Shown here: piece by piece, positions 30,670-39,362 of the stretch
How positions within the stretch are numbered: position 1 is the stretch's first letter
Layout of the letters: each line of letters opens with the position of its first letter
Assembly (NCBI GenBank): GCA_025363435.1
Contig: JANYDY010000042.1
Location: 5,323 to 69,322, forward strand
Direction: 5' to 3'
Length of the DNA stretch: 64,000 nt
Source of the DNA: Betaproteobacteria bacterium
GTDB lineage: Bacteria; Pseudomonadota; Gammaproteobacteria; Burkholderiales; SG8-41
The notes under the pieces: generated by a model
Told to the model about the DNA's origin: nothing
Seen by the model: only the letters and a program-made list of their open reading frames with translations
The model's database searches: none
Position numbers and translations under genes: made by a program

Positions 30670-31343
30670 GCGGCGTGCTTGATGCCATGGCAAGCGTAAT
30701 CGCACGCGACCTGCGCATCGCGATGCGCCGCCGCGCTGACGTCATGACCAGTTTGATTTTTTTCGTCATTGTTGTCAGCCTCTTCCCGCTCGGCATCGGC
30801 GCCGATCCGGTGTTGCTGCGCACGCTGGGGCCCGGCGTGGTCTGGGTCGCCGCGCTGCTCGCCTGCATGCTGGCGCTGGCGCGCCTGTTTGCCAACGATC
30901 ACGCTGACGGCACGCTTGAACAAATGGTGCTGGCGCCGCAACCCTTGAGCATGCTGGTGCTGGCAAAAACAGCAGCGCACTGGCTGACCACCGGATTACC
31001 GCTGGTCATCATCGCACCGCTGCTCGGGCTGCAGTTCAACCTCGATGCCGAAGCACTGCTCATTCTGCTAGCATCGCTATTGCTTGGCACTCCGACGCTC
31101 AGTTTGATCGGCGGCATCGGCGCAGCATTGACGCTGGGCTTGCGCGGCGGCGGCGCGTTACTGGCTCTGCTGGTGCTGCCACTGTATATACCGGTGCTGA
31201 TTTTCGGCGCCGGCGCAGTTGAAGCGACTGCCGCTGCATTGGGTGCGGGTGCGCACCTGTCGATACTGGGCGCGTTATTGCTGGGAACACTGGTATTTGC
31301 GCCATGGGCAACCGCACTTGCTTTGCGTATTGCGATTGAATGA
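30666..31343 (+). CDS. ccmB: heme exporter membrane protein CcmB
   Basis: 225-aa 6-TM protein. 4-nt overlaps with ccmA and ccmC. Confidence 0.9.
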   Translation: MSGVLDAMASVIARDLRIAMRRRADVMTSLIFFVIVVSLFPLGIGADPVLLRTLGPGVVWVAALLACMLALARLFANDHADGTLEQMVLAPQPLSMLVLAKTAAHWLTTGLPLVIIAPLLGLQFNLDAEALLILLASLLLGTPTLSLIGGIGAALTLGLRGGGALLALLVLPLYIPVLIFGAGAVEATAAALGAGAHLSILGALLLGTLVFAPWATALALRIAIE

Positions 31344-32086
31344 CGATGCCTGATATCCGCTGGTATAAATTCTCATCGCCGCAGACCTTCTACCCGCTGG
31401 CTGGCACGCTGGCACCATGGTTTGCCATTGCTGCTGCGGTGTTCGCAGTCTATGGCCTCTACATCGGTTTCTTTCTCGCCCCGACTGATTTTCAGCAGGG
31501 CGAAGCCTATCGGATTATTTTTATCCACGTGCCGGCAGCGTGGATGTCGATGTTTCTCTATCTCGTCATGGCAGGCTGGGCGGCCGTCGGGCTAGCCTGG
31601 AATACGCGTTTATCTTCGATGATGGCAATCGCCATTGCGCCGACCGGCGCCATGATGACGTTCATCGCGCTGTGGACCGGTGCGTTATGGGGCAAACCGA
31701 TGTGGGGTGCCTGGTGGGTGTGGGACGCGCGGCTGACTTCGGAGCTGATCCTGTTGTTTCTCTATCTTGGTTTCATGTTTCTGCATGCGGCGATTGAAGA
31801 CCCGCGGCGCGCTGATCGCGCTGCCGCCGTCATTGCGATTGTCGGCGCAATCAATGTGCCGATTATCTATTTTTCGGTCAAATGGTGGAACACTCTGCAT
31901 CAGGGCGCATCGGTCAACCTGACGCGCAGCTCGACCATGGCCTCCACCATGCTGTGGGGTATGCTGATCATGTCGATTGCATTCTGGTTGTACAGCATTG
32001 CAGTGGTACTGGTGCGCGTGCGCTGCGTCATTCTCGAGCGCGAACGTAATGCCGACTGGGTCAAGCAATTAGGAGCCAGAACATGA
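31340..32086 (+). CDS. ccmC: heme exporter / heme-handling protein CcmC
   Basis: Contains the WWD motif region WGKPMWGAWWVWDARLTS. Confidence 0.92.
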   Translation: MTMPDIRWYKFSSPQTFYPLAGTLAPWFAIAAAVFAVYGLYIGFFLAPTDFQQGEAYRIIFIHVPAAWMSMFLYLVMAGWAAVGLAWNTRLSSMMAIAIAPTGAMMTFIALWTGALWGKPMWGAWWVWDARLTSELILLFLYLGFMFLHAAIEDPRRADRAAAVIAIVGAINVPIIYFSVKWWNTLHQGASVNLTRSSTMASTMLWGMLIMSIAFWLYSIAVVLVRVRCVILERERNADWVKQLGART

Positions 32087-32235
32087 GCTGGGAGAGCCTG
32101 TCGGCGTTTATAGACATGGGCGGCTACGGCGGCTATGTCTGGGGTTCATTCGGCGTCACTGCGCTATGCATCGTCATCGAACTCGCCGCACTGGCGATGC
32201 GTCGCCGCAGAATATTGCGCGAATTCCGCGAATAG
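32083..32235 (+). CDS. ccmD: heme exporter small membrane protein CcmD (50 aa; below the ORF-track size cutoff)
   Basis: ATG 32083 overlaps the ccmC stop (ATGA). Translation MSWESLSAFIDMGGYGGYVWGSFGVTALCIVIELAALAMRRRRILREFRE has a single TM followed by a basic tail, the canonical CcmD architecture and position. Confidence 0.75.
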   Translation: MSWESLSAFIDMGGYGGYVWGSFGVTALCIVIELAALAMRRRRILREFRE

Positions 32236-32244
32236 TCGCTAAAA

Positions 32245-33465
32245 CTACGGCAACGTCGAATCGATCACGACGGCGACGTCTTTCGCCCCGACCTTGACGG
32301 TTTTGCTTGCCCCCTGCAAATCGCCGCTTTGCGGCATTGCATTAGCCGATTTCGAAATGCGTGCGCCGATGACGATTTCGGTGAATTTCGACAGCTTCAT
32401 TTCCTGCGACATCGCCTGACTATCATCGAGATTGAATACAAGCGGCAGATCCTTGACCTGACGGCGCAAAATCGCCAGCGGCATGCGCGGCCCCTGCGCG
32501 GCGCGCGCAAAAATAAACACGGTATCGGTCGGATTCGCTTTCGCTGCCAGTGCCGGGCTGAGGCTGACCGTGCCGCTTACCGTGCCGACTGCTGCGGTGG
32601 AGCTCTGTGCGGTTTTTTTCGCCGGCGCCGCCTTGATGCCACCCAGCTCGCGCGCCTCTGCAATATTTTCCGTCACGGTGCGTGAAAATTCCGATTCTGC
32701 ACCTATGCGGGCAAGCAGCGTCTCCCAGTGCTTGATGGCCGTCTTGTATTCTTTGCGCTCGAATGCGGCCGCCCCCGCCATCGCCAGCGCCTTCCATTGC
32801 CCCGGATCGATACGCAAGGCCTTCTCGACCAGTTTGAGCGGTTCGCCTGCGATGCGTCGGCCCTGCGTCACCGCCAGCGCATCGGCGTAATCGGCAAGAA
32901 GATCGGCGTTGTTTTGCAACAATGACGTCGCGCGTTCGAATGCTTTCACCGCCTCGCCGTAACGTTGCATTGTCGTATAGGCACGCGCTAGCAGCGCCCA
33001 GCCCTCGCCATCATCTGGAAACTCGGCCATGCGTGCGGCAAGTTTTGCCACCACCTCTTCAATTTGTTGCGGCGACAATTTTTCTGCGCGCCTGGACGCA
33101 GCATCGATTGCTGACGGCGCACCGAACTGCCAGTAGAGTCCTGCCGCGCACAGAGGTAAAAGCAGGCACAGCACAAGAGCCGTTCCACGCGCGCTTATTG
33201 CAGTCGATACGACCGGCTTCGCTTCAGCAGATTCCTCCAGCACGCGGCGGTCGAGATCGTCGCGCGCCTGCTGATAGTGCGCTGACGATAAAGTGCCGCG
33301 CGCGACATCGCGCTCAAGCTCGGCCAGTTGATCGCGCAGAATGGAAAGATTGGAAGCTGCCTGCGTCGAATGCGCGCCGCCATCGCGCCGGCGCAACAAG
33401 GTTGGTAGCAGCCAGGCCAGAGCAATCACCGTCATCGCTGCAGCAACCAGCGGAAAAATGCTCAT
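32245..33465 (-). CDS. ccmI: cytochrome c-type biogenesis protein CcmI (TPR protein)
   Basis: N-terminal TM, TPR-like repeats and a 4-nt overlap with ccmH. Confidence 0.8.
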   Translation of the reverse strand: MSIFPLVAAAMTVIALAWLLPTLLRRRDGGAHSTQAASNLSILRDQLAELERDVARGTLSSAHYQQARDDLDRRVLEESAEAKPVVSTAISARGTALVLCLLLPLCAAGLYWQFGAPSAIDAASRRAEKLSPQQIEEVVAKLAARMAEFPDDGEGWALLARAYTTMQRYGEAVKAFERATSLLQNNADLLADYADALAVTQGRRIAGEPLKLVEKALRIDPGQWKALAMAGAAAFERKEYKTAIKHWETLLARIGAESEFSRTVTENIAEARELGGIKAAPAKKTAQSSTAAVGTVSGTVSLSPALAAKANPTDTVFIFARAAQGPRMPLAILRRQVKDLPLVFNLDDSQAMSQEMKLSKFTEIVIGARISKSANAMPQSGDLQGASKTVKVGAKDVAVVIDSTLP

Positions 33466-33929
33466 TTGCCCTGCCCTTTGCCGTCAGCCAGCAATGCGGC
33501 GGCGCGGCGCCGGTCGTCGTCCGATAGCGGTCGCTCGACCAACTGCCGGCGGCGCTCGCGCAGATAACGCAGCAGCAAGGCGAGTCCGAGCAGAAATAGC
33601 AGCGGCGGACCCAACCATAAAACAACTGTCGTCGCCTTCAGCGGCGGCCGGTAGAGCACGAAGTCGCCGTAACGCTCGACCATAAAATCGATAATCTGTG
33701 TATCACTGCGGCCCTGTGCTATCTGTTCGCGGATCTGCCGCCGCAAATCCACCGCCAGATCGGCGTTCGATTCGGCGATCGACTGGTTCTGACAAACCAG
33801 ACAGCGCAATTCCTCCGACAAGGCGACGGCGCGCTTGTTAGCGACGGGATCGGCAATGGTCGGCTGCGCGGTTTGCGCAAGCACGGCGGACGACAGCAGG
33901 CAAAACAAAACCATCAATAATTTGTTCAT
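33462..33929 (-). CDS. ccmH: cytochrome c-type biogenesis protein CcmH
   Basis: Signal peptide plus the LRCLVCQNQSIAESNA (CxxC) motif. Confidence 0.9.
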   Translation of the reverse strand: MNKLLMVLFCLLSSAVLAQTAQPTIADPVANKRAVALSEELRCLVCQNQSIAESNADLAVDLRRQIREQIAQGRSDTQIIDFMVERYGDFVLYRPPLKATTVVLWLGPPLLFLLGLALLLRYLRERRRQLVERPLSDDDRRRAAALLADGKGQGK

Positions 33930-34450
33930 TGCTGCAGCTTTGCCACCAGTGGCAATATTTTATTTTTCAGCGCTTCCGGCGTGACCGGACCGATCTGCTT
34001 GTAGCGGATAACGCCGGCCTTATCGATCACAAAAGTCTCGGGTACGCCGTAAACACCATAATCGATGCCGACACGCCCGTCGCTGTCGCTGATGCTCAAC
34101 GTATAAGGATCGCCGAATTGTTTGAGCCAGTCGAGTGCGTCGCTACGCTGGTCTTTGTAATTCAGGCCGATGATGGGTACGATATTGCTTTTTGCCAGAT
34201 TGAGCAGCACCGGATGTTCCTCGCGGCAGGAGACGCACCACGAAGCCCACACATTGAGCAACCAGACCTTGCCCTGCATATCCTGCGTCGCGAGTGATTT
34301 CGCAGATTCGTGCAATTGCGTCAACTGGAATTGTGGCGCGCGTTTGTCGATCAACGGCGACGGAATTTCGCGCGGATTAAGACGCAAGCCGACAGCGAGA
34401 AAACCGACCAGAACAATAAAAACACCCAACGGCAACAGAAAACGATTCAT
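33926..34450 (-). CDS. ccmG: thiol:disulfide oxidoreductase DsbE/CcmG
   Basis: Thioredoxin motif WASWCVSCREEHP and GVYGVPETF. ATG 34450 (MNRFLLPLGVF...) preferred over 34489. Confidence 0.9.
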   Translation of the reverse strand: MNRFLLPLGVFIVLVGFLAVGLRLNPREIPSPLIDKRAPQFQLTQLHESAKSLATQDMQGKVWLLNVWASWCVSCREEHPVLLNLAKSNIVPIIGLNYKDQRSDALDWLKQFGDPYTLSISDSDGRVGIDYGVYGVPETFVIDKAGVIRYKQIGPVTPEALKNKILPLVAKLQQ

Positions 34451-34463
34451 GTAGCGCCGCCGC

Positions 34464-36449
34464 TCAGCCTGCGACCGGTTGGCCGGCAACCGTTATCGCT
34501 TCGGTCTCCGCCTGACACCGCGCCAGACGGCGGTAGCGCCGGTCGCTGAGCGCAACAAAACCGCCCAGCGCCATGATGATGCAACCGCCCCAGATCCAGG
34601 TGACAAAAGGTTTGCGATAAACGCGCACACTCCATGCGCCGTCACTGACCGGCTCGCCAAGCGAGACGTAAAGATCGCCGAACAGTCCCGTTGAAATCGC
34701 TGCTTCCGTCATCGGCATATTCTGTGCGTTGTAGATGCGTTTTTCCGGATGCATGACGCGAACGGTCTGCCCGTCACGCAGCACCGTGACATTGCCGCGC
34801 GCCGCGCGATAATTCGGCCCCGTTGCGTTCTCGACGCCGTCGAAGCGAAAGGTATAGCCGCCGACTGCTACGGTGTCGCCCACCGCCATGCGCACGTCGC
34901 GTTCAGTTTCATAACCTTTGACCAGCGTGACGCCGATAATAAAAACCGCGACACCGCAATGCGCAATTAGCATGCCGTAATAGCCGCGCGGTTGACTGGC
35001 CAGACGCGAGCGCAGGCTGCCGCTCAACGCGCCCAGCCGCAAACGCAGATTGACGCCGGCCGTGGTGAGTATCCACAGCGCCAGCGCGAGACCGAAGCTG
35101 ACCAGCGGCGTCCATTTGCCGATCACCAGCGGCAACAGCAAGGCCGTGATGATGCTGACAGCGAAAGCCCATTTCAGGCGGTTCGCGAGGTCCGGCAGAC
35201 TTGCCTCTTTCCAGCGCGCGATCGGACCTATGCCCATCATGAATATCGCCGGTGTCATCAGCGGCACAAACACGCTGTCGAAATACGGCGGGCCGACTGA
35301 AATCTTACCGAGACCCAGAGCATCGAGAAACAGTGGATACAGCGTGCCCAGCAGCACCGATGCGGCAGCCACCAGTAACAACACATTATTCGTCAGCAGC
35401 ATCGATTCGCGTGATACCACGTTAAAACTGCCGCCCAACCCCACTTTGGGCGCGCGCCATGCGAACAGCGCAAGCGAACCGCCGATGACGATCGCAAGAA
35501 AGGTCAGAATGAAAATGCCGCGCTTCGGATCGGTCGCAAACGCGTGCACGGAGGTCAGTACGCCGGAGCGCACCAGGAATGTACCCAGCAGGCTCAGGCT
35601 GAATGCACTGATGGCGAGCAGCACGGTCCAGCTCTTGAAGCCGCCTCGCTTTTCGGTCACCGCCAGCGAATGTATCAGCGCGGTGCCAACGAGCCAGGGC
35701 ATGAACGAGGCGTTTTCTACGGGATCCCAGAACCACCAGCCGCCCCAACCCAGTTCGTAATAGGCCCACCAGCTGCCGAGCATGATGCCGATGGTCAGAA
35801 AGCACCACGCCAGCGTGGTCCACGGCCGCGACCAGCGTGCCCAGGTTGCGTCGAGTTTGCCGCCGAGCAAGGCCGCAATCGCAAAGGCGAAAGCGACCGA
35901 GAAACCGACATAACCCATATAGAGCATCGGCGGATGGATCACCATGCCCGGATCCTGCAGCAGCGGATTGAGATCGCGCCCGTCGGCCGCTGCCGGTAAC
36001 AGACGCTCGAAGGGATTCGACGTCAGCAGCATAAACAGTAAAAAACCGACGCTGACCAGCCCCAGCACGCCAATCACGCGCGCCGTCATCTGTTCGGGCA
36101 GATGGCGGCTGAATACTGTCACCGCCGCAGTCCAGACATTGAGCATGAGAACCCACAACAGCAGCGAACCCTCATGCGAACCCCAGGTGGCAGCAACGCG
36201 GTATTGCACCGGCAGTTGCGAATTCGAATTGGTCGCGACGTTAAGCACCGAAAAGTCGTTATTGATGAACGACCAGGCCAGGCAGCCGAACGCAATCGCG
36301 ACGAAGATAAACTGCCCCTGTGCCGCCGGCCGCGCAAGCGCCATCCACACAGTGTTATTGCGCGCCGCACCTATGATGGGTAAAACGCCCTGCACCGTCG
36401 CCAGCAGCAGCGCGAGCACCAGTGCAAAGTTACCGATTTCCGGAATCAT
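34464..36449 (-). CDS. ccmF: cytochrome c heme lyase subunit CcmF
   Basis: 661-aa polytopic protein with the WWD-type motif [14 protein letters not shown]. Confidence 0.95.
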   Translation of the reverse strand: MIPEIGNFALVLALLLATVQGVLPIIGAARNNTVWMALARPAAQGQFIFVAIAFGCLAWSFINNDFSVLNVATNSNSQLPVQYRVAATWGSHEGSLLLWVLMLNVWTAAVTVFSRHLPEQMTARVIGVLGLVSVGFLLFMLLTSNPFERLLPAAADGRDLNPLLQDPGMVIHPPMLYMGYVGFSVAFAFAIAALLGGKLDATWARWSRPWTTLAWCFLTIGIMLGSWWAYYELGWGGWWFWDPVENASFMPWLVGTALIHSLAVTEKRGGFKSWTVLLAISAFSLSLLGTFLVRSGVLTSVHAFATDPKRGIFILTFLAIVIGGSLALFAWRAPKVGLGGSFNVVSRESMLLTNNVLLLVAAASVLLGTLYPLFLDALGLGKISVGPPYFDSVFVPLMTPAIFMMGIGPIARWKEASLPDLANRLKWAFAVSIITALLLPLVIGKWTPLVSFGLALALWILTTAGVNLRLRLGALSGSLRSRLASQPRGYYGMLIAHCGVAVFIIGVTLVKGYETERDVRMAVGDTVAVGGYTFRFDGVENATGPNYRAARGNVTVLRDGQTVRVMHPEKRIYNAQNMPMTEAAISTGLFGDLYVSLGEPVSDGAWSVRVYRKPFVTWIWGGCIIMALGGFVALSDRRYRRLARCQAETEAITVAGQPVAG

Positions 36450-36895
36450 TTGGCGACCACGCTTTTCTGCGCTTTCTGCGCCTGTTCGATGGCATGCGCC
36501 GCATCCGGCGGCATGTAGTTTTCATCGTGTTTGGCCAATACCTCGGTGGCGACAAAGGTGCCGTCGTCGCCCAGACGCCCTTGCGCCACGACGCCCTTAC
36601 CCTCTTTGAACAAATCGGGAAGTATGCCGGTGTAGATCACGGGAACCGTCTTCGCGGTATCAGTGACCCGGAAGTTCACCGTCAAACCGTCATTGCCGCG
36701 CACCAGGCTGCCGGCTTCAACCATGCCGCCGATGCGGAAGGCCTTGCCGCGCGGCGCTTCGTTAGCGGCAATCTGGCTGGGACTGAAAAAGAAGACAAGA
36801 TTGCTCTGAAATGCATTCAGAACGAGCGCGGCCGCCGCGCCCAGCAGCAGCATGCCAAGCGCAATAAGGGTAATGCGTTTATGTCGGGGTTTCAT
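36446..36895 (-). CDS. ccmE: heme chaperone CcmE
   Basis: Membrane anchor plus ...[13 protein letters not shown] (heme-binding His region). ATG 36895 preferred; 36913 possible. Confidence 0.9.
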   Translation of the reverse strand: MKPRHKRITLIALGMLLLGAAAALVLNAFQSNLVFFFSPSQIAANEAPRGKAFRIGGMVEAGSLVRGNDGLTVNFRVTDTAKTVPVIYTGILPDLFKEGKGVVAQGRLGDDGTFVATEVLAKHDENYMPPDAAHAIEQAQKAQKSVVAK

Positions 36896-37040
36896 CGTTT
36901 GCAATGTATTCAAATAACACAGCAGCGCGGTTTCCGGAGGAACCCCAAGCGGAAAATTACCCTCCCGGCCGTCGTCGCGAATCAGCAGCGCATTTTACCG
37001 GAATCGCGACAATTACCGACAACAGCGGCAACCAAAGCGC

Positions 37041-37068
37041 AAAAAAATGGCGCACTGTTGTGCGCCAT
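37041..37068 (-). terminator. rho-independent terminator ending the formate dehydrogenase operon
   Basis: On the minus strand ATGGCGCAC-aaca-GTGCGCCAT is followed by TTTTTTT, 23 bp after the stop of ORF 37091..37375. Confidence 0.75.
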
Positions 37069-37090
37069 TTGGATGAAACGGGCTGACCGG

Positions 37091-37375
37091 CTACTTCTTG
37101 GCAGGAGCCGCCGGTACAGGCGCCGCCGCAATCGGCGTCGGTTTGACAGTGACGCCCTTGGCGCGCTGCGCGGCGATGTAACGGGTGGCGACGCGATCCT
37201 GTGATTTGGACAGTAATTCGCCATCTTTTTTGGTGGCATCCGCAGCCTTGGTTTTTGCCGCTTCCGCGGCAATTTTCTGCTCGTCGGTGAGCGTCGGCGC
37301 CGGCAGTTTTGCGTATACCGCCCCGGCAACCATCAGGCAAAGCGTTGCAACTGCAAGTCCGCGTTTCGAATTCAT
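37091..37375 (-). CDS. hypothetical small exported protein (94 aa), last gene of the FDH operon
   Basis: Sec-type signal peptide MNSKRGLAVATLCLMVAGAVYA. The mature part is Lys/Ala/Pro-rich. Purine-rich RBS (GGGGGAAG). No family recognised. Confidence 0.5.
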   Translation of the reverse strand: MNSKRGLAVATLCLMVAGAVYAKLPAPTLTDEQKIAAEAAKTKAADATKKDGELLSKSQDRVATRYIAAQRAKGVTVKPTPIAAAPVPAAPAKK

Positions 37376-37399
37376 CGACTTCCCCCGTCCTTATCTGAT

Positions 37400-38461
37400 C
37401 TAAGCCTTGAAGGCTCCGGCAACCTGCGTTTTGACCTCGGCAGGAACAGCATCGGTGAAATGCTGTTTCGCCGTACCGGCCTTGACCTCTTCGCACCATA
37501 ACTCGTGGTGTTCTTTTGCCCACATCTCGTCTACCACGCCAAGGCGCATCGCTTCATAGGCACCGTCAGCACCTACCGTGCCTATGTAGATATGGCCTAA
37601 AGACATTGCGATAAACAGCACGGCGCTGATCACATGCACCACATTGGCAGACTGCATGACAAACCGCGTCTGCTCGAAATTCGCGAAGTCCATCACCAGC
37701 CCTGATGCGCCGCTGATCAATCCGAGCAGAATCACGCCAAACCAGAACCAGGCTTTTTCGCCGGCATTAAAGCGTCCGGACGGCACATGTTCGCCGCTCA
37801 AGAGACCGCCGGCCTTGGTCAGCCATTGGAAGTCAATCATGCGCCACAGGTTGTCCCTGACGAAGGTTACAAACATCACGATCGTGCAAAACACAAACAG
37901 CGGGCCGACGAAGTTATGAAGATTTTTCCCGAAGAAAGCCAGCCAGGAAAAAAAATCATGCCCCAGCAGCGGCAACAACACGTATTTACCAAACAACATG
38001 ATCACGCCGCTGACGGCAAGGATCAAAAAACTGATTGCGGTGCTCCAATGCACCAGTCGTTCCCAATCACTGAAACGCTCGATCAATCTGCCGCTGGGTT
38101 TGCCGTGCAATCGTAATGGCCCCTTCCACCTGAAGAAACCATAAATCAGCAGCGGTATCGCAATTAACAGCAATCCACCATACAACGTCAGCGGCCCGTT
38201 ACGAAGCCGCCGCCATGTTTCGCCCGCAGACTGCATCAGGATATTGGTTTCTACACCGCGCACCTGCGTGGTCTGATAGGGATTTTCGCCTTTGCGCACT
38301 TCGCGCCAAACAGGCGCGTTGTTACCGGGCTGCGTATTCTGGCGCTGCGCCTGTTCCTGCGCGCTGCTGTCGGCGCTCCATGCGCTGGCAGGCGCAACCA
38401 CCAGGCCGCAGATCAGCGTGAATAACAGCCACACCCGCGCACAGACGAATGTTTTGATCAT
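37400..38461 (-). CDS. formate dehydrogenase gamma (cytochrome b) subunit with N-terminal exported extension
   Basis: ATG 38461 is preceded by GAGGG. Signal-like N-terminus MIKTFVCARVWLLFTLICGLVVAPASA, an approximately 90-aa soluble stretch, then the FdnI/FdoI-like 4-TM dihaem b core (HWSTAISFL..., HNFVGP..., GEKAWFW..., HVISAVLFI...GHIY). Confidence 0.85.
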   Translation of the reverse strand: MIKTFVCARVWLLFTLICGLVVAPASAWSADSSAQEQAQRQNTQPGNNAPVWREVRKGENPYQTTQVRGVETNILMQSAGETWRRLRNGPLTLYGGLLLIAIPLLIYGFFRWKGPLRLHGKPSGRLIERFSDWERLVHWSTAISFLILAVSGVIMLFGKYVLLPLLGHDFFSWLAFFGKNLHNFVGPLFVFCTIVMFVTFVRDNLWRMIDFQWLTKAGGLLSGEHVPSGRFNAGEKAWFWFGVILLGLISGASGLVMDFANFEQTRFVMQSANVVHVISAVLFIAMSLGHIYIGTVGADGAYEAMRLGVVDEMWAKEHHELWCEEVKAGTAKQHFTDAVPAEVKTQVAGAFKA

Positions 38462-38471
38462 GATGGCCCTC

Positions 38472-38696
38472 TTATTTGGCACTCGCTACCGCACGCGATT
38501 GCTCGTCCTGCCCCTGGTTGCGTGCCCTGATGGCTTTTTCCCATTCGACCTTGCTGGCTTTGAACTGGTCGTTGTCCCATGGTTTGGCGTCGAACTTGCC
38601 TTGGTACTGCCCCTGTTTATAGACTAGGGGCTTGTCGCTGCAACCGGCCATCAACAAAGCCAGCGCGCCAACCGCGAACAATCTGCGCATCATCAT
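38472..38696 (-). CDS. hypothetical small lipoprotein (74 aa) between FDH beta and gamma genes
   Basis: MMMRRLFAVGALALLMAGC lipobox-type signal. Start overlaps the fdh-beta stop (ATGA). The stop lies 8 nt before the gamma start codon. Confidence 0.55.
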   Translation of the reverse strand: MMMRRLFAVGALALLMAGCSDKPLVYKQGQYQGKFDAKPWDNDQFKASKVEWEKAIRARNQGQDEQSRAVASAK

Positions 38697-39337
38697 GATT
38701 TACTCCCGGCTTTTGCTGCCGCTTTGCCGTCAGCGCCCTCGGGCTTGGCATCGGGTTTGCCGTAGGCCGTGGCCCAACCCAGCACCTCCGAACCTTTGCC
38801 GCGGGCAAGCGCGCGGTTGCGAAATACATCAGAAATCACATCGCCGTCGCCACCGAGCAAAGCCTTGGTCGAGCACATTTCGGCGCACGCCGGCAGTTTG
38901 CCTTCGGCCAGACGATTGCGACCGTATTTCTTGTATTCCTCTTCCGAATTGTCGACCTCGGGACCGCCGGCACAAAAAGTGCATTTATCCATCTTGCCGC
39001 GCACGCCGAACAAACCCTGCTGCGGAAATTGTGGCGCGCCGAACGGGCAGGCATAGGAACAATAGCCGCAGCCTATGCACATATCCTTGTCGTGCAGCAC
39101 CACGCCTTCGGTCGTTGTATAGATGCAGTCAACCGGGCATACCGCCACGCAAGGCGCATCCGAACAATGCATGCAGGCGACCGAAATCGATTTCTCGCCC
39201 GGCACGCCGTCGTTCAGCGTGACGACGCGGCGACGGTTCACTCCCCACGGAATTTCATGCTCGCTTTTGCATGCGGTTACGCAGCCATTGCACTCGATGC
39301 AACGTTCGGCATCCAACAGAAATTTCATTCTTGCCAT
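38693..39337 (-). CDS. formate dehydrogenase beta (4Fe-4S) subunit
   Basis: Four ferredoxin-type Cys clusters (CIECNGCVTAC, CMHCSDAPC, CIGCGYCSYACP, CTFC...C). Confidence 0.9.
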   Translation of the reverse strand: MARMKFLLDAERCIECNGCVTACKSEHEIPWGVNRRRVVTLNDGVPGEKSISVACMHCSDAPCVAVCPVDCIYTTTEGVVLHDKDMCIGCGYCSYACPFGAPQFPQQGLFGVRGKMDKCTFCAGGPEVDNSEEEYKKYGRNRLAEGKLPACAEMCSTKALLGGDGDVISDVFRNRALARGKGSEVLGWATAYGKPDAKPEGADGKAAAKAGSKS

Positions 39338-39362
39338 GACGACTCCTCGGCTCTCGTTATGT

